This document shows, one piece after another, positions 33,573 through 48,745 of a stretch of DNA of 64,000 bases; the stretch's first letter is position 1, and each line of letters begins with the position of its first letter. The translations under genes and the position numbers were made by a program. The notes beneath the pieces were generated by a model. That model was not told where the DNA came from. It saw nothing but the letters and a program-made list of their open reading frames with translations, and made no database searches. The stretch is from Chrysomallon squamiferum (Eukaryota; Animalia; Mollusca). Location: the NCBI GenBank assembly GCA_012295275.1, contig CM022672.1, forward strand, positions 15,872,001 through 15,936,000, in the 5' to 3' direction.

Positions 33573-35579
33573 AAAGAAGAGAAAAACATTATCTAGCTTT
33601 ATTTTAATTTAAACAGGTATGACATGAAATGAACTTTTTCTTTTCTTCTTCTTCAGTAGAGATATCTGGAAGCAGTCTTCTTAGCGTTAAAGGGTAGTTG
33701 ATACAGTTCGACAGACGTAGAAACGGCTGGCTTTACTTCCGAGAATATTGTAATGTTGTGTGGTTAGTTTTATTTACGTGCAAGGATGCTTTCCGTAATA
33801 AAATTATATGTTAAGATAATGAAAGTAGTTATCTTTAGCTGTTGAGTGCAACTCTCTTTTTCGCATTTTTATTTTTTTTACATTCTTTATGTAGATGTAC
33901 GAATGGTTGTAAATTTACAATGCGTATTTTTATTTTTGTCTATCGGTCAGTATGTTATTATATGTATATAAGTATGTATGTATGTACTAATAATATCTAC
34001 CTGTATATGTATATCTCTATTCCTCAGTATATATATATTTCTATATATCTGTCTCTCTCTGTCTCTCTGTCTACATCTTTGCTGAAATCTGTCTATCTTT
34101 CTATCAACACATCTAATTAATATTAAGAAGAAAATCTCTTTGTAATTAATATTAAACTAAGACAGACCTCGTTTTTATGTCTCTTTTCTTACATCGTAAT
34201 TTCCACCAGTTACAAAACACCTGTGTTGTAAAGATGAGCACACGCGAAGAAAAGAACAACAACAACAAAATCAGTTTTCATTTACCTATTACTATTCATG
34301 AGTGTCAGTATGTCTTCCCTACCTTTTTAATCTATCAGTACTAGTATATGTATTTATTACTGTCAGATCCTTCTGCTTCAGTCTTTTTTCTTTTTTTTTT
34401 ATTATTATTATAAATTGTATGTTGGGATGATAATCTGTCCTGAACCTAGAACAAAATAAATTATACTACCGGATGATTAAAATTATTTTCGGAGTGTGCG
34501 GGGATTCGACGCTTGCACGTGTGTGTTTGTCATATGTTTGATCGTTTATGACTATGTGAATGTGATGCGGCTATGAAGTCCAATCACTCCAAAAATGTTG
34601 ACTTTACTTTGGCAGATCATAATGACTTAGCTGAATGTCTTTATACCAACATCAGTTATTACTTCTTTTCTTCTTCTTCTTCTTCTTTTTTTTTTTTTTT
34701 TTACCTAATTTTCAGATATAGTCAAGAATATGGCATCAGGTTAAAATAACTAAATAATTAAATAATTAAAAATTTTAAATTTTAAAAAGTCTTGTAGTTG
34801 CATTCCTGGTGTTCAGGTTGGATGGTCAGTTTTGTTTGGTCAGTCGTCAGAATAACTCCAGCTAATACTACAGTTTGCATTGTTCCTGGTCCTCAGTCAT
34901 TTTTAGGATGATACTCTATATATATTTATATATATTAAATATACTCATATTAAATCTAGCATAAAATTTTCTGAATACTCAATGAAATCATAACTGCAAC
35001 GAAATCAGTTAGCTAAAACTGTTTTGAAAATCAGCCACAAAAAAAAAAAGGAACTCGTTTTCAAACGTCTTCGAAAAAAGAAACACGCATTTGTTTAAAA
35101 AATTAATTATGTATCGGTACAAAATAAAACGTTCCGAAGCAGTAATTTCTTTCACTCGTCAGTCACATAAAACTGAAGAAACTGTGGATAAAAATATAGA
35201 AATAATGATTAAAACGAAACGAAAAAATACAACAACGAGTGAATTCTTTATTAACTGTTTCCAATGGCTTTAATCCTTAATAAAGAATGTCAAGAAGCTA
35301 CAAATAAAATAAAACGTAGCGTTAAAAACTTTTGTTTGTTTTGTCAATAGCAATCCTTTGAGATTTGTCAATTTTAAATTCTCCCTGGGACCTACCTGGA
35401 ACTCTGACTTGAAATAAATGGAATTTTAATTCTTTTGGGAATTTACCTACATACATTAAAGTTGTTCGTGTTAATTGTGAATTCTTTCTCGACGACAACA
35501 AGGGTATTTTTCTCATAATTGTATTGACGTTGGACATTATAACGTTATAAAATGCCATTAGTTAAAGTCTCGCAAATTT

Positions 35580-35614
<35 letters not shown>

Positions 35615-35879
35615 TTATTATTATTTTTATTTTTTATTTTTATTTTTATTTTTATTTTTTATTTTTATAATTTATTTTTATTTTTTAAATTCTTTTTTAT
35701 TTTTTTATTTTTATTTATATTTTTATTTTTATTTTTTATTTTTATTTTTATTTTTTTTTCATTAATCCTCAGCTAATTATCATATTATTACTTAATGCTT
35801 CATTCTTCATTTGACCAGCATGACATACAATGCTGAAATATGTCTAGCTGCCAGTGTTCAGAATGGTATAATACCATCA

Positions 35880-36850
35880 ATAGGAATAATAAGAAAATAT
35901 TGTCAAAAGGAGTAATAACAATACATTTAAAATATGTACTATAAGAAGTAATGATAAAAAAGGACTGACAGAAGGAATAATAAAAAAAGACTGTCAGAAG
36001 AAATAATAAGGAAAGCGTGTCAGAAGAAATAAAAAGAAAAAAAACTGTCAGAAGAAATAAAAAGAAAAGACTGTCAGAAGAAATGTTAAGGAAAGCGTGT
36101 CAGAAGAAATAAAAAGAAAAGACTGTCAGAAGAAATAAAAAAAAAAGACTGTCAGAAGAAATTAAAAAAAAAGACTGTCAGAAGAAATAAAAAAAAAGAC
36201 TGTCAGAAGAAATAATAAGGAAAGCGTGTCAGAAGAAATAAAAAGAAAAAACTGTCAGAAGAAATAATAAGAAATAATTTTAAGAAGGAATAATAAGAAA
36301 AGACTGTAAGGAAGAGTAAAAACCAAAACGAAAACTGTTAGAACTGACTAAAGGAATAATAAATTTATAATTCAGAAATCGAAAAATAGAATGTATTTAT
36401 TATACGACTGTCTAAAAAAAAAAATACAAAACAAAAAAAAAGGATTGTCAGAGCCCCAAAGCCCAGCAACATTAGAATAACAATGTCTAAACGAAAATCA
36501 AAATAAAATCGTAGAAAAAGAACAGGAAATAAAAACATCTGTAAAGGAAAAGTAAAATACGATTGTCAAAGGAATTAGTAAAATAAGATTATTAGAACGT
36601 AAAAAGTAAATAAATATCGTCTGAAGAAATGGTTAAGTTAATTAACTCTGCCAGGGAAGCTGGTAAAATAAGATTGGCAGAAGGAATAGAAAAATAAGTA
36701 CAGGAAGGAGTAGAACATATGATCGTCTGTAGGAATAGTAAAAAAAAAGATGGTATCAAGGAAGGTAAAATTCCATCTGAATCAATTTTAAAATAATATT
36801 GTCAGATAGTATGGTAAAATAACAATGCTAAAAGGAATAGAAAAACCCAT
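35880..36850. repeat. ~25-bp A-rich minisatellite (AAAGACTGTCAGAAGAAATAATAAG), core 35960-36320, decaying flanks
   Basis: TGTCAGAAGAAAT recurs at ~24-27 nt spacing more than ten times. Confidence 0.9.
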
Positions 36851-37003
36851 ACATAGATGTAAAACAGATCAGAGATAAAATAAAACAAAGTAGACGAAGT
36901 ATTTATCTTCTGCCCACTGGTAATTTCTTAACAAGAACAAAGTATTAAAGTCCTTACTATGATAAAATTTAAAACGTATTTTAAATTGAAATAAAAAAGC
37001 TTA

Positions 37004-37049
<46 letters not shown>

Positions 37050-38007
37050 CGTACATATATACTAAATTACAGATACACAAAAAATTACTTTTAACTGTTC
37101 CAAATAAAAATATAAATAAAAAACATCATACTGTAAATTACAAACAAACAAAAGAAAAACATTTTAGTAATTTCTATTTAAAAAACCCAGAAACATCCAG
37201 ATTTTGCAAAATCTAAACGACTTATTAGCAAAAACAAGAAGATTTAATTTAATCAAATAATGTGTTTGAAAACCGCTCTGTTATTTCAGTATGAATTTAA
37301 TTTTAATTATTTAAAAAAAAAAAAAAAAAAAAAAAAAATAAAAATAAAAATAAGAAAGGAAAAAGTCGTCATTCTTCGATATGAATACAGTTCTGCGTAC
37401 AGTTTTACGACGCACTCTTCAAACGAATGACACTTAAAGTTAAGACAAGTATTTCTGCTCGGAGTTTAACGAACTGCTACCAGGGTACAGCTATGTTTTA
37501 TTGCCACAAGCCACTGTGATGTCTGTTGCTTCATTGCTACGCCGTACCGCGCCACCCCGATCTTATCGCGTAGGCTTCAATTTATGTCGTAGTTTGACGC
37601 GATGTGCTGGAAAAACGCAATCGTTACGAAGATTCGTGACGAAACTGCTTCAATAATTCAACAGAACCCGATCTACAGGGCTGTTTCGTTGTCACCTTTT
37701 TTCCATTGTCGGGTGTTAATGGGCCTGTTTGGTTCGTGCGACAGTGACCTCTAACTTCTGTTTTATAGTGAGACAAGAGAAAGTGGAACAGAATAGACAG
37801 ACAGACAGACAGACAGACAGTCAGAGAGTTTATAGAGTGAAGATTTACGGTTTTCGTTTTAAGAGAATTGTTTTGTGTTAAGAAAAAAAAACACCAAAAA
37901 TGTTCCAGAAAGGTCTAAAGTTATTGAAATAAAATTCAATTTATATAAAGAGGTGTATGTTTGTATGTATATTATTTCATATGTATATATATAACAAATT
38001 ACAGGTA

Positions 38008-38059
<52 letters not shown>

Positions 38060-38133
38060 TAAAATCTCTTTTCTTCGAACGTTATTTGTTGTTGTTGTTG
38101 TTTTGTTGTTGTTCTCTCTTTTTTATAGATGAT

Positions 38134-38140
<7 letters not shown>

Positions 38141-38206
<66 letters not shown>

Positions 38207-38596
38207 TTTGTCCTTGTCAATTCACATCATCATCATCTAATCGCTATCTGGAATTTACTTCATCTACACTTCACAGTACGATTTTATAACGAAATAAACA
38301 AAGATAGGCATCGATCTTTATCAACACTCCAATAACTCCGCAAACTTCTCGTAGAGGCTGTAGATCACACATGGTCAGTTTCTTCTCAGCATTTCTGTGT
38401 CCCTGTTTATTTTATTGAAACAAAAATCATTAACATTTTAAAATGCAAGCAGACATTTGATGTAAATACTTAATCATCCACGGTTAATTAATTATGACGG
38501 CAAGTCGCTTCAGCCAAATCCACGCGGGACGTCAGCACTGTTGTTTACCATGTTGTAATCGTGATGTCCGAGGTATGGGAATAATGTTTTGTGTGC

Positions 38597-38682
<86 letters not shown>
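38141..38682. repeat. (CT)n at 38141-38202 and (AG)n at 38601-38682, oppositely oriented GA microsatellites
   Basis: Directly visible. Confidence 0.95.
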
Positions 38683-38688
<6 letters not shown>

Positions 38689-40074
38689 GTGTTGTAACTC
38701 ACAAAAACAAAGATGTGCTCTGACTTGCTAGATTTTCTTTTATTTATCACCATCACCACCAATACTGCTACGTCTACTAATACAAGTAGTAGCTACTTTT
38801 ACTACTGCTGCTACTACTACTACTGCTGTACTCATGCGTACACATTCACGTCAGATTCTTCATTTTGACATAGCCATGTGCGCGCGCTTATTTTTCTCTG
38901 CATGCTTTATTATTATACTTGTATATTATTATCATCATCATCATCATCATCTTCATCATTATCATCATTATTTATTATCGTTACTTTTTTATTATTATTA
39001 TTACATCTGTTTCAGTCTAAAACGCAAAAATAATTGTTTTCTTTTATACGTAAGCGTGTATTACAAAGGCAGATGTATGTTCATTTCTATAAATGTTAAC
39101 TCACGTGAATTTTGAATCTTTAGCAAGTAACACTATCCATCCAAAGTGAACGTATTTTATTTATTTATTTAAATTTCAATTAATTAATTTTATTTTGTTT
39201 ATGTACTTATGTACTTTGTTTATATATAAATTTAATTAATTAAACTAAAGATAAAATAATAATCCATATATATATATATATATATGAATGACTAAACGAA
39301 ATGAAATAAGCGAACTAAAATTTAATCAATAAATAAATGTACTGTATATATTTCAGGATATATTATTACTGTTTATACGGACAGGGTAAAATACTGAACT
39401 TACTGTTGCTGTGGTTGTTATAATTATTATTGTTTTTATTTTTGTTTTCTTCTCAAATTTAAATTAAGCATACTACTTAATCTTATTTATTTATTTAATT
39501 ATTTATATGCTTGTTTGCTCGTTTGTTTTTTATTCGTTTCTTTCTTTCTCATTTATTTTATTTTACTTTATTTTTATTTATTTTATGTTATGTTAAATTA
39601 TATTATGCTATGTTTTGCTATTTTATTTTATATTTCTTCATTTTATTTTACTTTTATTTTTATTTTATTTTTATTTCATTTCATTTATTTAAAACACACA
39701 ATTATTAATGTTTTTATTACTCAAATTATTTTATTTAAAATGTTTCAACAGAAAATGATCATCAGCAATTTAACAACAAAAACATTTTAACATTGAGAAA
39801 TAAATATATAACTCTTTAGTAATGAATGAATTTTCAGCTTCGTTATTTATTTATTTGTTTGTTTGTTTGTTTGATTAACTGATTGACTGAGTGACAGACT
39901 GATTGTTCATTTATTTGTTTGAATGTTAGTAATAGCAACTACTACTACCACTACTACTACTACTACTACTACTAAAAATAATAATAACAACAATATTAAA
40001 TACTTTCAAATAAATAATTATTTATTTAGTATTATTTATTTTTTAAAGATATTTAATCCATAACAGAATGAGAG

Positions 40075-40107
<33 letters not shown>

Positions 40108-40147
40108 AAAATAAACATCAAAGTAATAACAAATTTTTTAATAATAA

Positions 40148-40178
<31 letters not shown>

Positions 40179-40678
40179 ATTTAATTAATTAAATACACTA
40201 AAAAGAAAATAATAAACTATTTTTTTACGAGGCTTCTTTTTCTTCTAATTTATATCGTAACTCTAGAAATGGTTATAAAAAAAAAAAAAAATAAATAAAA
40301 AGAAAAAAATGTTTTTTTTCTTCTAACAAGTAAAAAAACAGCTTTTGTTGGTTTGACATTTTTGTTACAAAGCGAGCTCATTGTACTCAAAATGACAGCG
40401 ATGATAGCGCCAATACACCGTGTTGTATATGAATAATGCACGCACTGAATAATAATAATAATTATATATACAAGAAGAAAAAAGGGGAAAAAGAGAACAA
40501 GAAAACATTTAGGAAGCTTACGTTACATTCATTTTTTTTTTTTTTTTTTTTACAAAGAATTTATTTATTTATTTATTTATGTATTTATTTATTTATATAT
40601 TTTTATCTATTTATTTTAAATTTATATATTGTATTTAATTTTATTTAAACTGTCTTAATATTATTATTACATTATTAC

Positions 40679-40715
<37 letters not shown>

Positions 40716-41224
40716 TTTATTATAATTATTATTATTAAAAGAATAAAAATATGTATTTAAGTCATTTATTATAATAATATTATTAAGAAAATAAATTATA
40801 CTAATTAAAAGAAATAAAACATGCGGCGGCCGAATCAGGATGTGGGTAATTGTTCGGTGTGCAAATAAAAAGAATCTGACTCTTTATATTTGAGGCTTTT
40901 CATTTTATTTTTCATTTGGTTTTTTTTTTTTTTAAATGTTATTTTGTGAAGCTGAATTAACGCACGGTTCACATTCGTAACTCTGCCGTCATTCACTTGA
41001 GTAACGTTATCACCGGCTCGTAAGTTTCAGCTACATTTTCATTTATCATCATCATCATCAAGATCATCTTCATTATTATTATTATTATTATTGTTATTAT
41101 TATTATAATTATTATTATTAATGTTGTTGTTATTATCACCAATATCGTCATAATATATACAATTTTTCTTAATTAACATGGAGATTATTTGTATTTATAG
41201 AAATTCTAACATAGTTTATATTAT

Positions 41225-41426
41225 AATTGCATTATTATTATTATTGTTATTATTATTATTATTATTATTGCTGCTATTACTGTTTTTGTTATTACTGCTG
41301 ATATTACTGTTTTTGTTATTACTGCTGATATTACTGTTATTGTTACTATTCTTATTGTTATCATTATTGCTATTATTGCTGTTGTTGTTGTTATTATTAT
41401 TGCTATTATTACTATTGTTGTTGCGG

Positions 41427-41461
<35 letters not shown>

Positions 41462-41462
41462 G
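41225..41462. repeat. Degenerate (TAT/TGT/TAC)n trinucleotide tract
   Basis: Directly visible; source of the poly-L, poly-N and poly-I ORFs. Confidence 0.9.
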
Positions 41463-41942
41463 CAGTACAAATTACGACGTTGGTGATGGTGGTAGTAGTA
41501 GTTATTCTTCCAATTGATGTCATTGTCGTTATTATATTCGTTTTGTCATTTTATTATAATCATCACCTTTATTATTATAAAGAAAACTGCTATGCACATT
41601 GCGTATTTTCTAAATTTATTTGTTGTTGTTTTTTGTTACAAAAATCATTTATAATTTTTATTTCTTCTTTTTTTGTTTACTCAAGTCATTTTACTTCGCA
41701 CTGACGTACATGCAGTGATGCTACATTTTAAAGTTTTAAAACATCGTATGAATGATACATTAAATATAATTATTAATTTCACGCTGTTACATGAACAATT
41801 TAATTATCATATTTTGCGAATAAAGGTCATTACGTAAATTAATTATGACTGCATTTAAAATCCGAAAATTATCTTTTTACCCGTTTCAGTTTTCTTTAAC
41901 AATTAAACAGCGTGTTATAAAAATATGAATTTATAATTTAAA

Positions 41943-41992
<50 letters not shown>

Positions 41993-43064
41993 GCTACAAT
42001 TTATTGTGTAAGTTGTTATTTATTTATTTTTTCCTTACTTACTTTATTTTTTTATTTTTTTATTGTTGTGTGTGTGTATTTTTTAAAATAATATTTTCTA
42101 TTACGTTTTTTTTTTTTTTGTTTTTTAAAATTTGAAAAATACTGATCTTTTGAACATTTTATTAGTAAAATTTATTTATTTGTTTTTAAATATTATTATT
42201 AGATTTTTTAATTTAATTTAATTTCCTTTGAAATAATAATTTATCTTCCATATTATTTAAAAAAAAAAAAAAAAAAAAACGAAAGAAAAACAATTCTATT
42301 AATAAACAATTGAATAAAACTATATTTAATTAAAATACCATACAATCTATAGTTCTGATAAAATAATAAATGTTTTGTCTTGTTTAATAAACACTTTAGT
42401 AAAATATTTGCAAAATACAAATAGTTTTATTTAATGCAATGAAGAAAAAATGATAATTTTATTTTTATTTTTGACACAACAACAACAACAACAACAACAA
42501 CAATAATAATAATAATAATAATAATAATATATGCACTGCAGTTTAATTTACAGCAATAATCATAAATAATAGAGAAGTATGTTATGTCTTTCAGCTTATT
42601 TTTAAAATACACGTTATTAAAATACCCTAAACATTGTACAGTGTTTCAACTAAGTTATAAGCATTACGAAAAAATATAATTATACATATTTTTAATTTAA
42701 TCATTTTTTTTTTTTAAATTTAATTTAATTTAATTTAATTTTATGTTTTAGAATTAGTACGTATTAAAGAAAAAAGAGCAATAACAGTAATATCAGTAAC
42801 AATAACCATAACAATAAATACAAATATAACAACAACAACGATAATAATATGTAGTTGTAGTAATGATAGTTGTTGTAGTTATTGCCGAAGTGGTAGAATG
42901 TAGCTGTTACAGCTGTTGTTGTCGAAGTTTTAATAGTAGTAACATTTTAATTGTTTAAAGAAAAAATCAAATAGAATTAAAAACATTAAAAAACAACAAC
43001 AATTAAACAATTAAACAGCGTGTTTGGCAGTTATAAAAATATGAATTTATAATTTAAAAATGTA

Positions 43065-43105
<41 letters not shown>

Positions 43106-43116
43106 TTAATAATAAG

Positions 43117-43150
43117 ATTTCCACTAACGGGAATCGAACCTCCGACCATG
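43117..43150 (-). mobile_element. tRNA-derived SINE head fragment (Pol III B-box)
   Basis: Minus strand reads GGTCGGAGGTTCGATTCCCGTTAGTGGAA: a B-box/T-arm, but no D-arm or complete cloverleaf. Confidence 0.4.
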
Positions 43151-44128
43151 GTATAATTAAACATCAATTTAAAAACGGGTAATTTATGAAGGCGTCTTGT
43201 GTGTATGACGCAGAGGGTTTCCGCGGAGAGAGACAGAAACAGTTATGTTGTATTAATTAGTTTATTTCTGGGAGTATGACGTCACGTCAGACATGCGTAA
43301 AGGCTGTATTCCAAAAAAAAAAAAAAAAAAAAAACGAAGAAAAAGAAACACACTGTCATTGCTGGCTGGCTGCATCTATTCATCAATTAATTACCATTTC
43401 TTTTGTTTAAAACCTAATTTCTCTTAAATCCATCTATAAAATACAGACAATGACGTATTCCTCAGGAGGCAAGAGGTAAATAATAATAATAATAATAATA
43501 ATAACAATATACAAAAGCAAAATGATTGAATGAATTAATTAATGTACGAAAGAATGAATGAAAGAAAGAAAGAATAAAGAAAGAAGGAAGAAAGTTATTA
43601 ACGAACCTACGAATGAAGAAAAGAAGTAAGGAATGAATGAATATTCGCTTATTTCAATGTTAACTGCTACTTGGTATCAAATATGCTTATATTGCTGAAG
43701 TCGTTATTTTTTTTATTTATTTGGTTCTTTTCGCATAACGAAGACTTTTAGAACGCAAACAATCGCCAGTACTCTCTGTATTAGTCTCACAAACAGTCAG
43801 CACATACCATAACTGTGAGGCTTTGCTGGAACGGGAAATTGTCTGATTGTCGTAATAAGAAAAATTAAGGAAAATTAAAAAAATAAAAATAATAATAATG
43901 AAAAATAAAAATAATAATAAAACAATTATACTGAAATTAAAATAATATGGGATTTTAAATAGATTTACGATTAAAAAGCAAGACATCAAAGGGAATGTGT
44001 ATCTGCATATGTAAGAAAACAAGTAAATACTGAAGTTTGTTAATAAATACTAAAACAAACGAATAAAAGAAACTGGGATTGAAAATAATTCTTATTTATT
44101 TATTTATTGTTTATTGTGGAAGGGTAAA

Positions 44129-44163
<35 letters not shown>

Positions 44164-44945
44164 CATATGCATGTATGTATGTATTTAGGTATGCATGTAT
44201 AAATTCGTTCGTAATAAAACACACACGTACATACATACATACATACACACATGTAAACAGATATATGCAACATAAACATACATAAAAACATAGAAACATA
44301 CACACGCACATTTTTATATATATATATATACAAACAAACAAACATACATACATACATACATACATACATACAAACACACACATATGAAGAATGAACAAAA
44401 TATAAAAAACAAGGACAGAGCAGAATAAATTAAAACTCTATTCGTACCCCCGCAAAAAAAATAAACCCACCGTATTTCTAAATCTGATATTTTATTTCTT
44501 CCCGCAATTAAAAGGAAATAAATCTGAAGAAATATATAAATCTTTAAAAACAGAAAAAAAGAAGTAAAGAATGAAAAACAGAAACATAAAAGACTAAATG
44601 CACTATATTGGATATGTATATGTAATCATATTATTATTCTCGCAGAACCTGTAACTTTGAGCAGCGGGCAAAGTTCAGTGAGTCCGTTTTACATTGGTTC
44701 CAGATGCTGTGAATATATTTTCCATTGAGAAACTCTTGGAACTTAAGTACTTTTGCAGGAACAACATAGAGCTTATTATAGAGTAAGAAAGAAAAAAAAA
44801 AAAAAAATGTTTCAATATTTTAGAAACATAAAATATACAGAAAAAAAAAAAAAAAAAAAAAGGGAGGATGCCAGTGTGAATGTTTGTAGCGGAATTTTGG
44901 TAATATATGGTTCGATAGACGTCGCTGAAATTCCGAAAGAGAATA

Positions 44946-44953
44946 GTGTGTGT

Positions 44954-45009
<56 letters not shown>

Positions 45010-45141
45010 CTGTATGTGTCTTTGTGTGTGTGTGTCTGTATGTGTGTGTGTGTGTGTATGTCTGTATGTGTCTTTTGTGTGTGTGTGTGTATGTGTCTGT
45101 ATGTGTCTTTGTGTGTGTGTGTATGTGTCTGTATTTGTCTT

Positions 45142-45174
<33 letters not shown>

Positions 45175-45255
45175 CTGTATGTGTCTTTGTGTGTGTGTAT
45201 GTGTCTGTATGTGTCTTTGTGTGTGCGTGTCTGTATGTGTGTGTGTGTGTGTGTA
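44946..45255. repeat. Compound (GT)n microsatellite with recurring ATGTGTCTGTATGTGTCTTT interruptions
   Basis: Directly visible; it produces the poly-(CV) ORFs in the track. Confidence 0.95.
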
Positions 45256-46127
45256 CAGCTGACTCTGTGAAAACCAGCCTTTGACTAATCAGGATTTCTG
45301 TATAAACCGGAACAATTTCAAAGTCCTGTCAAGCTATCCATTAATCTATTACGAACAAAACCTTGCCCAATGCGGATGTAAATTCCAGAACAAAACAACA
45401 GTGACATATGTATGTATGTATACAAGTATATATGTATATATATGTGTGCGTGTGGATATATATATATTAGAAACATAAAATACAGAACAATTATATATAT
45501 ATGTGTGTGTGTGTGTGTGAATTGCGATGATGATAATAATAATAGTAGAAGTAGCAGTATTAGTACTTGTAGTAGTAGTAGTAATCTTATTATTATTATA
45601 CAGACGCAGACAGAGAGGAAGAAATATTTAAATGGACAGAGGAAGACAGTGGGAAAAGAATGAGAGTATAAGAAAAAATAGAAACAGAAAAACAAATTAT
45701 ATATATATATTTGAGAGCGAGAGAGAGAAAATTTATAAAAATCTTTTGTTGTAAAATTCAGAGTTTGTGTGAAATCCACACATGTAACACTGATCTGTTT
45801 ACTGTCAGCGAGTACAAAATGCTACTGTTTTAAATAAATAACTCCTCAGTCTTGTTTTCACTCAGTGTATACAGTTTTTCTGCAATTTGACCATTAAGCT
45901 AATATTTTTACTTGCATAATGGAATAAATTAATGAGTGACTGGAATAATTGAATAAATGAAGAGTAATAAAACTAAAATTTAAAAAAGTTAAAATGAATA
46001 TTTTTTTTTTTACGTTAAAAAGTAAAACGAAGCGAAAAAAGTATTTATTGTCAGAGAGAAAATTTTAATTTATATCAATAGATTTCTTTTTGAACTTTTT
46101 TTTTTGTTTGTTTGTTTGTTTGTTTGT

Positions 46128-46158
<31 letters not shown>

Positions 46159-47622
46159 TTGCTTACACTTTATTTCTTATCTTATTTTTATTTTTATTTA
46201 TTTTCATCCTTTTTATTATAATAGTAATAGTAGTAGCAGTAGTAGTAGTGGTGATTGTAGTAGTACTAATAGAAGTAGTAGTAATATAGATACTACTGAA
46301 GGGTTCCTCGTATTACTGTTACTGTTAATATTGTTATCATTATTGTCGTAATTATTATCATTATCGTAATCATCATCATCATCATCACCGCTACATTTAT
46401 TTAATATTATTATAATTAATATTGTTGTTGTTGTTGTTGTTGATGATGATGGTGTTGTTGTTGCACGATGTATGATAACATACAGGAACACACCAAATGC
46501 TTATTACACGAATTAGCATTTAAAAATTGTATAGATTTTTTCTCTCTCCAGATAAGACAGACTTTGAGCATTACGCACGAACTTACGTACATGTAATCAA
46601 CGTGACTGACAAGAAAATAATTGATTATTACATTGATCTAATAAATGTTTGTCTGCAATATACTGCAGCTAATGCTTCAGTGATAATGATGAAATTATTT
46701 TTGCATCAACTTTCGTTTCCTTTTATGGTAAAAGAAAATAATTCTAAAAAAAGGAAAGAAAAAAAAAAGAAAAGAAATAGATAATGTTTTTTTTTTTTTT
46801 TTTTTTTTTTTGGTCATCATTTGCTCTTACGTTTTATCATTAAATCTTATTATTATTATATTTTCATGGGACTAAAATTTTATTTTATAGTTTCCTAAAT
46901 TATTTATTTATTTATTTATCTTTATTTTTCTTAATTATCATTATTTTTTTTCATTTGTCTGTCTATCTGACAGACGGATGTACGGCCATAATTAAAAAAA
47001 AATTAAAAATTGGTATCAGTTATTATAATGTTACATCTGGACATCATAATCATCATCAACGACAAAACAACACAAATTTGTCATTATTTATATCTCTGAA
47101 TACTGTATAGGTAATTAGCTTTGACAAATGAATGCGTATTAAAAAGAAGCTACAACGACAACAGCAAATTTTGAACTGTACACACGTGAGTTGTTGCTGT
47201 TGCTATTGCTGTTGTTATTGTTAATGTTATTATTATTGTCGTTATTGTTATTGTGATGTTGCTGTTACCGCTGCTATTGATGTTATTGATGTTGTTGTTG
47301 TTGTTGGTTTCACCTCAGGGACATTCTAGTTAAATATTTATTAAATATGACGTCTTTCATTAAGTATGAATGTCACAACAAGCATTTTGTCGTATTTTTA
47401 AATTTATTTTTTTCCTGTTGAAGTAAACATTCGAAACGTTTGTGTGTGTGTGTATGTTTGTCCGTTTAATTGTGTGTATGTATATAGGTGTCTGTGTATG
47501 TGAATCTGTGCGCATTCTTGTTTATTCAGTTTTTATTTTTATTGTTGGTTGTTCTCGCATTTTATTTAACAACTTATTGACACTGCTTAAAGAAAGCAAA
47601 CAACAACAGGCAGCCGTGAAAG

Positions 47623-47733
<111 letters not shown>

Positions 47734-48278
47734 GTCTGTGTATATGTGTGTATATCTTTCTTTATATTTCTCTTTCTGTTTGTTCCCTCTCTCTTGATTT
47801 GTATATAAAAAGAGAACATGGTAGAATGTAGCAACTTAATCTAATAAATAAATTCAAACTATTTGGGTGGTCGTATTGAACAGTTTTTCACCTGACATCC
47901 TAACAAAGCTGTATATTTGTGCGAAATGCTTTGTTGTTTTTTTTTTTCATAAATCCATTTGAATAAATAAATGTAAACGATAAACTTCAAAAGACAAATA
48001 AAATAAATTTAAAACAAGTAAAAAAATATATATATACAATAAAAACGAACAAGAGAAGAAAAGTAGACATATCTCTCTTTGAATGGATTTTATTTCTTTT
48101 ATAGAAAGAATGAAAAAATAAATTTTTTAAAAATAAAATCATGATAAAACGAAAGAAATAAAGAAAAAATAAATTTCATTTTTGTTGTATGTTTGTATCG
48201 TTTACAATAATGTTTTTATAACGAGCCACGTTATCGTTTGCTTGAACACCGTGGTGGTTTGATGTAACACCATATTAT

Positions 48279-48353
<75 letters not shown>

Positions 48354-48372
48354 AATAATAATAATAATAATA
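48279..48372. repeat. (AAC)n(AAT)n microsatellite
   Basis: Directly visible. Confidence 0.95.
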
Positions 48373-48679
48373 CATATATATGTGTATGTGTGTGTGTGTG
48401 TGTGTAATATTTTAAACGCGAGAGACAAACAGACATACATACATACACACGTTCATACAACACATATTCATAATTATAAAAACTGTACATACATTACCAC
48501 AAAAACAAAACCCCAAAAATAATTTTTTTTAGTTATACTACATGATTCATTGGTAAACAATATCTACGTCGACGTTAACTTGTAAATAACAAATTTTACG
48601 TGTATTACTCACCCACCTCAACGTGTCCAACACTGACAACCACGATAACAGTCATCAACAGTTAGTAATAGTCCAGCTC

Positions 48680-48745
48680 CTCCTTCGAGACAATTCGATC
48701 CTGCGATCCACCGCGCTTCGGACAGCTCTACGTCACCGCAGTGCG
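48680..48745 (-). mobile_element. Degenerate tRNA-derived SINE head
   Basis: Minus strand reads GTAGAGC...GCGCGGTGGATCGCAGGATCGAATT, an A-box/B-box-like arrangement. Confidence 0.35.

Noticed and set aside
35960-36320. Repeat-spacer (CRISPR-like) appearance of the TGTCAGAAGAAAT array
   Set aside because: The intervening parts are A-rich variants of the same unit, not unique spacers; no cas genes.
43117-43150. tRNA gene
   Set aside because: Only a T-arm/B-box is present; no cloverleaf can be built.
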